In this document: positions 57,900-63,861 of the stretch, piece after piece
How positions within the stretch are numbered: the first letter of the stretch is position 1
Layout of the letters: each line of letters starts with the position of its first letter
Assembly: GCA_051294375.1 (NCBI GenBank)
Contig: CM119265.1
Coordinates: 7,822,629-7,886,489 of the forward strand
Source: Paraspadella gotoi
Taxonomy: Eukaryota > Animalia > Chaetognatha
DNA length: 63,861 bases
Direction: 5' to 3'
Notes under the pieces: model-generated
The model's input: only the letters and a program-made list of their open reading frames with translations
Database searches by the model: none
Told to the model about the DNA's origin: nothing
Made by a program: the position numbers and the translations under genes

Positions 57900-58036
57900 T
57901 TTCTTTTCTTTTCTTCTCTTTTCTTTTTTTTCTTTTCTTTTCTTTTCTTTTCTTTTCTTTTCTTTTCTTTTCTTTTCTTTTCTTTTCTTTTCTTTTCTTT
58001 TCTTTTCTTTTCTTTTCTTTTCTTTTCTTTTCTTTT
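57900..58036. repeat. (CTTTT)n pentanucleotide microsatellite
   Basis: Near-perfect tcttt run, degenerate as (AAAAG)n at 15090-15250, 27190-27345 and 37025-37185. Confidence 0.9.
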
Positions 58037-58207
58037 CCTTTTTTCCTCTATTATCCCGCATTGCCCTTAATTTCTCTCTCCGTCAACGCCACCCCCCCTT
58101 TCCTTTGGTATCCGCCCGCTCAATCTGTTTTCGACGTGTTCAAGTGATTCATAGTTCGTGATAACGACGTCATTTCTCTCTCCTCTCTCCTCGCATCCCG
58201 ACTATTC

Positions 58208-58250
58208 GTCCAATGAAAGAGCGCGTCTGACCGAAACTAGCCAATCACCG
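58208..58250. promoter_or_regulatory. Paired CCAAT boxes in a GC-rich island
   Basis: TCCAATG at 58209 and AGCCAATCA at 58239, spaced 31-33 bp depending on the copy (14889/14922 in segment 1). Motif match only. Confidence 0.25.
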
Positions 58251-58307
58251 GCCAACGTTGCTGCATTTGCGGGTGCCGCGCGCGTTATTTAATCCTCTCT
58301 CTCTCTC

Positions 58308-58383
<76 letters not shown>

Positions 58384-58386
58384 CTC

Positions 58387-58424
<38 letters not shown>

Positions 58425-59311
58425 GCTTTAATACTCATAACTACACAACTAGGAAAATTCTCACTTACGTCTGAGAGAGAGCTTGATGGAGTGGATGAGA
58501 AAGAGAGAGTGTGGGAGGGAAACGGAATTTTCGATGAAATATTAAAAAAGGCGCTCGAATAAAAGACGAGGAAAGAAAAAAAAAGATCAAAAAAGCGAGA
58601 GAAAAAAAATGTGAAGATTGAAAGCCTTTTATTTCTTGAGGAAAAAAAGTCGAGTCTGAGTGAATTAAAGAGGACAGAAAAGGAAGGGCGAGCTCATAAA
58701 AAAGAAACTCGCATATGTAAAAAATGTTGAGGATTGTAATATTTTAATTTAATGAACATGATTTAAAATATCTAAAATATAATAATTTTCTTCGTTTATT
58801 TATTCGCCAATGAAAGTAACTCGCAGATATTTGATTTTTCTGAAGGCGTCAATATAAACTTATAGAAAGGTTCACTCTACTGTCTTTTGTTTCTCTATGA
58901 TTTGATAACTCGCCGAATTTACCGAGAGATGTCACGGTCTGACGTTTTACAAGAACCTTTTGTTCTGATTTTGAGGAAGCGGACTTCGAAAAGAAATAAA
59001 AATTACTATCATTTTTTTTGCATAAAATATTTATTAATTATATACATTAGCTGTATTTGATTTGAAATTTACAAGGTGCAGCAAAGATGCCAACGAAGTC
59101 GAAGGCACTTAGAAAAACAAATCGCATTTCGAAAAAATAATAAATTGAAAAAAAGTTTAAGTAAACATCAATGCAATCAGTACATTTAGACACCAAATAA
59201 TCTTAAGTATTGCGTGAAAACTAGTAAAATGCTTTTGAAATCTGTAAATTACTATTCGACGCGATAAAATTTTTCTGTTTGCAGCAGCAAGAGTGTTCAC
59301 AATCCGCGCCA

Positions 59312-61232
59312 TCAATACTTGGTCATCAAATAAGGCGACGTGGCCCAGTCCCTTTCCACTTTCGCCGGAAATGACTCGTCCATCTCAAAGGCGTAATTGT
59401 CTTTGGCGCGAGTGTAACGTCCCACGCTGGTGGCCCCGGCGACTTCGTCACACCCGCCGCCGCCTCCTCCGAAGCCGAGCTTCTGCGTTCGCCGCGTCCG
59501 CCGCCGCCGATGGCAAAGGGCGCAGCCGAGCAGCGCCGCCACGAATCCGACGAGGACGAGCAGAATAAGGAGAACGAGCAGCGTCGTCGGCGACGCCCAC
59601 GACCTGACGAGCGTCGGCGTTTCCGGCTCGCACCGGCGTCCCTTTCTCGACGAGCCGGCGTCTTGGAATCCCTCCGCACATGCGCAGTCGAAAGTCAGCG
59701 GTTCGTTGANNNNNNNNNNGTCTCTTTCTCGACGAGCCGGCGTCTTGGAATCCCTCCGCGCATGCGCAGTCGAAAGTCAGCGGTTCGTTGAGACAGATGG
59801 CGCCTTGTGAGTCGCAGTCGTTATCGGCGTCATGGACGCACTCGTCGAAATCGCGGACGTCGACGCCGGCGCTCGATCCCATCTCCTCGAGAAAGCCTTT
59901 AACGACGCCCTCGATTTCGTCGAGAGTTTGATTCGTTCTCACGATTCGAAGAGACGCCACGAAAGAGTTGACACCTAAAGCGACGACACCGACTCTAGAA
60001 TCGGGAAGCAACAACGCCGTCGCCAATAGCAACCGAGCGGCGCTGGCGGGCTCCTGGCGGCCAAAGTCTTCGCTGTCAAACTCGAGAAGGATCTTGAGAA
60101 TAGGATGACATCGTCCGTTCTCCTCGAAGTTCGTCTCCGGACATTCGCAGCGGAATCCTCCGTCGACGTTGCGACACTCGAAGCCTTCGTCGCCGATCCG
60201 GTTGCACGACTCTTCAACGCCGGGCAGACGGCATTCGTCAACGTCGACGCATTCCACGTCGGTCGCGTGGCGCCATCCGACGCCATCGCTACTGGCTTCG
60301 CAGTAGGCGTCGTGAGGATGTCGGTTGAGCGGCGTCGTCCGCACGAATCCAACGTCGCAGATAAAGTTGCAAGCGGCGCCGCTGGAATCGCCGGTGACGC
60401 AACGGAGGTGGGCGTTGGCGGGCGGCGTCGGATAACTGGGGCATACTGGGTAGCGGAGAAGAATCATGACGGCGTCGGATTGAACTTCGGGTTGCGGGGA
60501 TCGAATCGGCGGGTGGGGAAGAGGAGGATTAATCCCCGGACGAATAGGGGATACGCTCGATGGATTCGTGGAAGATTTGGAGGAAGACGTTTGGCCTTCG
60601 CAGCCTCTGCGGCAGAGGGAGGTCTCGTCGGCGGCGTCGCAGACAACCACGTCGCATTCGACGAGGACCCCGATGAATCCGGCGCCGGAGAAAAGAAGAT
60701 TTTCCGCCCACGCCACCGGAAGACGAAGACGACTCCAGCGGCGCCCTTGTTGCGGACCTTCGACATCGAAACCCTCGCCGAGGTCGTCGACGAGGCAATT
60801 GATCGACGACGACGACGACGCCGCGATCAATTCGAAAGCCGTCGTGGTTTTGTTTCCTTCGTTGGCCGGTCGCGCCGCGCAACGCTCGAACGCCGAGACG
60901 ATGCCGGGACGCCGCTTGGATTCCACTCGCGCCTCGAGCCAGATCGAGTGCGAAGACGAGGAGCGAATTACGGAGAGTTTGACGCGCGTTCGAATGGGCG
61001 TGGAGTCGGTGGGAGACAGAGGCGTCGACGGAGATGTCGAAGTGACGTCGTCGTCGCCGGATCCTTCGTTGAAGGAATCGAGTGTCGCCGCCTTGTGGAC
61101 GAATCGATTTCGAAGTAGATGGCGCGAGTCGTCGTAGCGAAGGAATCCCTCTTCGCTGATGTCACTGGAGACGACCTCTTGGACGAGGACGCCGAAGAGA
61201 AGGAAGACCGGGAGGAAATGAACGAGAGACAT
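59312..61232 (-). CDS. Intronless type I membrane protein, 612 aa: signal peptide, ZP-C-like domain, Sushi/CCP, EGF-Ca, SEA-like, EGF-Ca, TM helix, short cytoplasmic tail. The SEA-EGF end resembles UMODL1 / sea-urchin 63 kDa sperm membrane protein.
   Basis: ORF 59448..61232 starts MSLVHFLPVFLLFGVLVQEVVSS (signal-like). Aa 264-328 have a six-Cys Sushi pattern (CPSYPTPPANAHLRC..GAACNFICDVGF..C..W..C). Aa 330-375 (DVDEC..CRNVDGGFRCEC..C) and aa 461-507 (DFDEC..NDC..AICLN..FDCACAEGFQD..GRRC) are calcium-binding EGF repeats. Removing the 72-nt duplicate plus 10 N at the 59710 gap (82 nt) leaves 1839 nt = 613 codons, in frame through LLVLLILLVLVGFVAALLGCALC-HRRRR (TM plus stop-transfer) to the stop of ORF 59312..59542. 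Confidence 0.88.
59638..59791. other. 72-nt overlap duplicated across a 10-N gap (unmerged contig ends)
   Basis: 59638-59709 and 59720-59791 are the same except for two substitutions. The 24095-25929 copy has the sequence once. Confidence 0.85.
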
Positions 61233-61243
61233 TTTTTGAGGCG

Positions 61244-61262
61244 CTGAAGGAAATAGAAAATG
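61244..61262 (-). promoter_or_regulatory. 3' splice acceptor about 11 nt upstream of the ATG (5'UTR intron or trans-splice site)
   Basis: The minus strand reads ttttctatttccttcag|cgcctcaaaaaATG after a very AT-rich tract. The same site occurs at 24069-24084 in the duplicate. Confidence 0.6.
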
Positions 61263-61355
61263 TTTTATTTATTAATTTTATTTTAATTATATATTATTAT
61301 TGACTTATTTATTAATTTTCTTTATTATATTTTTAAGCGAGTTTTGACATTTATC

Positions 61356-62744
61356 TAGACGAGAATCTCGATTTAAAAAAGATTCAATTTTTCTTATAGA
61401 GATTTCCGTTCAAATCTGACTACCCAAATTGCAAACGCGATTGCCAAAAATCCGGGTAGAAATCAGTTGTAAAAACGCAGGATTCCGATAGCGTTACATC
61501 TGAAGAGCTTGTCCTATTCGTTTTTTCACATTTGATGAAGGATTTGATATCAAACAAGCCAGGGAAATGCACTCCTCATAGTCAGAGAATTTTCAAACCT
61601 CATTTTTACTATAGAAATGAAAGGGAGTTTACAAACTGAAAATTGCAAACGGGATTGCTATATTGTTCCTGTTACATGAGAGACTTCGAATTTCGCGATT
61701 CCGATAGCTTTGTGTCTGAATAGCTTGTCCTATTTTTCTTTTTTTCATTTTATAATGATTTTGACATAAAATGATCAGGTTTAAATGAAATAGTCTGTTT
61801 GAATCGCGAAATTTTTATTATTTAAAAAGAAATTAAAAGGAAGGTTGAGAAAAAAACTGATTTTTCCTAATATCTTTTGAAGGAATAAAGATAAAGGGAT
61901 GGCAATAGTACCAAAATGAAGCCATAATCATTAGGGCACTTACAAGATAATTTTAAAATTACTTATACTGAAACCTCCTTACAGGGTAAGTGTCAAACTA
62001 AGTCAAAATTATAATGAATTTTAAAACTAATGACACCCATAAGAATAAATGAAAATTTAATTCTTTTTAATGATTCTGAAACAAAAAAGGCTAAATTGTA
62101 CTCTAGTAAAACTTTAAAGTTTTTTGGATAAAGAAAATGTGAATTTTTTGTCACTTAAAATTTGCTTGTCTGATTTTACAAGCATGCTTACAAAATTCTA
62201 CAAAATATTATTTACCCATCACAGCCTAAGTATTTATCCTTCTTTTCCACCAGCAAAAAGTAAACATTATCTTATTGAAGAGAACAGGATGTTTACTGAA
62301 AGGAGCGGAAGACATTCAACTTCTTCACTTTGATGTTATTTTTCAATATAAAAATAAGCGATTTTTTTAATTATTTAACTCTCACAGGCTTTCATAAGAT
62401 ATTACACTTTCATAATATCCCAATGTTAATGTAATTTATTATATTTTTTACCCAGAAATCATAAAATAACAGAAAGTTGTGGATTCCCTTCGTTCGTTTA
62501 AGAAAAAAAAATTAAACTAGCGGAATTATAAGTTTGTAAGAGGAAGTCAGAATCGGCGAGAATCTTAAAAGGCGAGAATGTTGAAAAAAGGGAGAGGAAT
62601 TTTGGTTGTTTTTGGTCGATTTTTTCTAACCCATGGGCCAATTTTAAACGTAACTTAAGATTTACATTATTCCAGTCATCTTCTATCCAAAAATATAAAA
62701 ATATTATGAAAAAAGGTTTGGGATCGATATAGGAATTGGTTCTA
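61356..62744. mobile_element. 1389-bp insertion with 7-8 bp target-site duplication and TAGA..TCTA ends (hAT-like non-autonomous element, family tentative)
   Basis: Absent from the duplicate, whose reverse complement near 23970-23990 reads gtttgacattatcattt. Here it is flanked by acatttatc (61347-61355) and (a)cattatc (62744/5-62751). It has an internal ~215-bp direct repeat (AAATTGCAAAC at 61426/61640; GATTCCGATAGC at 61481/61697). No transposase ORF is visible and TIR identity beyond 4 nt is weak. Confidence 0.6.
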
Positions 62745-62896
62745 CATTATCATTTTATTTTAAATTGTGATTTTTTAAAATATTCAAAATCATGCGATGG
62801 CATGGACAAGAAAAGAAAAATGTTTTGTGTGAACGCTCGTGTGAGTCAAGATGTGAGATGGTGAATGAGCGATGCCTTTCAGCGAAACAAGGGGAG

Positions 62897-62964
<68 letters not shown>

Positions 62965-63257
62965 AGAGAGAAGAGAGAGAGAGAGAGAGAAAAGAAAAGA
63001 AAAAAAAGAAAGAAAAAAAAATAGAAAAGAAAGAAAAAGGATTCCGTTTATTATTATGAAGATCTTTTGAATGATATTGTGATAGTGAGTCCGTTCCACC
63101 TTGGCAAGGGGCAGTCGCAATGAAAATGGACTTCAAGAACAAAAACGGGAATTTTTGACCACAAATCGTTGATAGAAAATGAAGCCTGTTTCTCGCGATG
63201 GCGGTGGTTACTGTCGAAGCCGGAATCTCGATTCGGCCGAGAGACAGAGACAGAGAC

Positions 63258-63306
<49 letters not shown>

Positions 63307-63861
63307 CCAAAACCGGATATTCTACTGACCGCGGGCGAGATAATAGGGTCCAGCTTTCTTCAAGTTGTTAACAATGGATAAAAAAATCTATCGAATCGTA
63401 AAGATCGATAATTCGAGATGAATAAGAATATTTCTCATTTGTATTATGTGATTAATTTTTACATTCTAAACTTGTCCCCGTTTCTATCCATCAAATAATG
63501 ATTCCCTTTGGAAGTCTTTGTTATCATTCATCTCGACATCGTGACCCAATTTTTTCAGATGGCGTGACGTCAACGGGGTTTACGTCGAGGTCTGCTACAT
63601 ATGGACCTCGTGGCGTCACCGTTTGGTCACGTGGTTCCTCGATCGATCGAGGCGTCGAAAGAAACAGATGAAATTGGCGACTTTTGTTGTTGTTGTTGTT
63701 GTGGAAGAGGAAGAGGAAAGATCCCCATTGTTTTGATCTTTTTGTGTCTTTTGTTCTCTATCGACGTCGAAATTCGAGGTCAGGAACTCATGACCCAAAA
63801 AATCCGACAAAAATCGTTTGTCGGTCAACACAAAAACCACCTCAACGTGGACTTCGCTCCC

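Noticed and set aside
60105-61118. 337-aa plus-strand ORF (and 24160-25248)
   Set aside because: Antisense or shifted-frame shadows of the GC-rich real CDS.

Overview
This is AT-rich, microsatellite-dense eukaryotic DNA, almost certainly animal given the EGF/Sushi/ZP-type gene; I cannot identify the species. There are no prokaryotic features and no rRNA, tRNA or CRISPR arrays. About 37.5 kb of the 63.9 kb is redundant: four long, indel-rich segments (13970-23353, 23683-34848, 35917-43655, 44998-54256) each sit beside an exactly 25-N gap and re-copy the same locus, three of them reverse-complemented. The short pieces between them tile one colinear locus of about 26 kb, so the apparent giant palindromes and tandem copies are most likely a gap-filling artefact. 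One gene is well supported: an intronless minus-strand CDS (61232-59312, 612 aa after removing an 82-nt gap artefact). It encodes a type I membrane protein with an unusual order: signal peptide, stand-alone ZP-C-like domain, Sushi, EGF-Ca, SEA-like, EGF-Ca, TM. Comparing the redundant copies exposes four presence/absence differences: a TTAA-flanked Kolobok-like MITE with its empty site, a 1.39 kb TAGA..TCTA insertion with a 7-8 bp TSD, a 2 kb insertion with a degenerate Penelope-type GIY-YIG motif, and a 15-bp-unit minisatellite. A candidate small secreted Cys-rich protein gene lies at about 1.3-2.3 kb. All domain and family calls are by-eye pattern matches, not database results.
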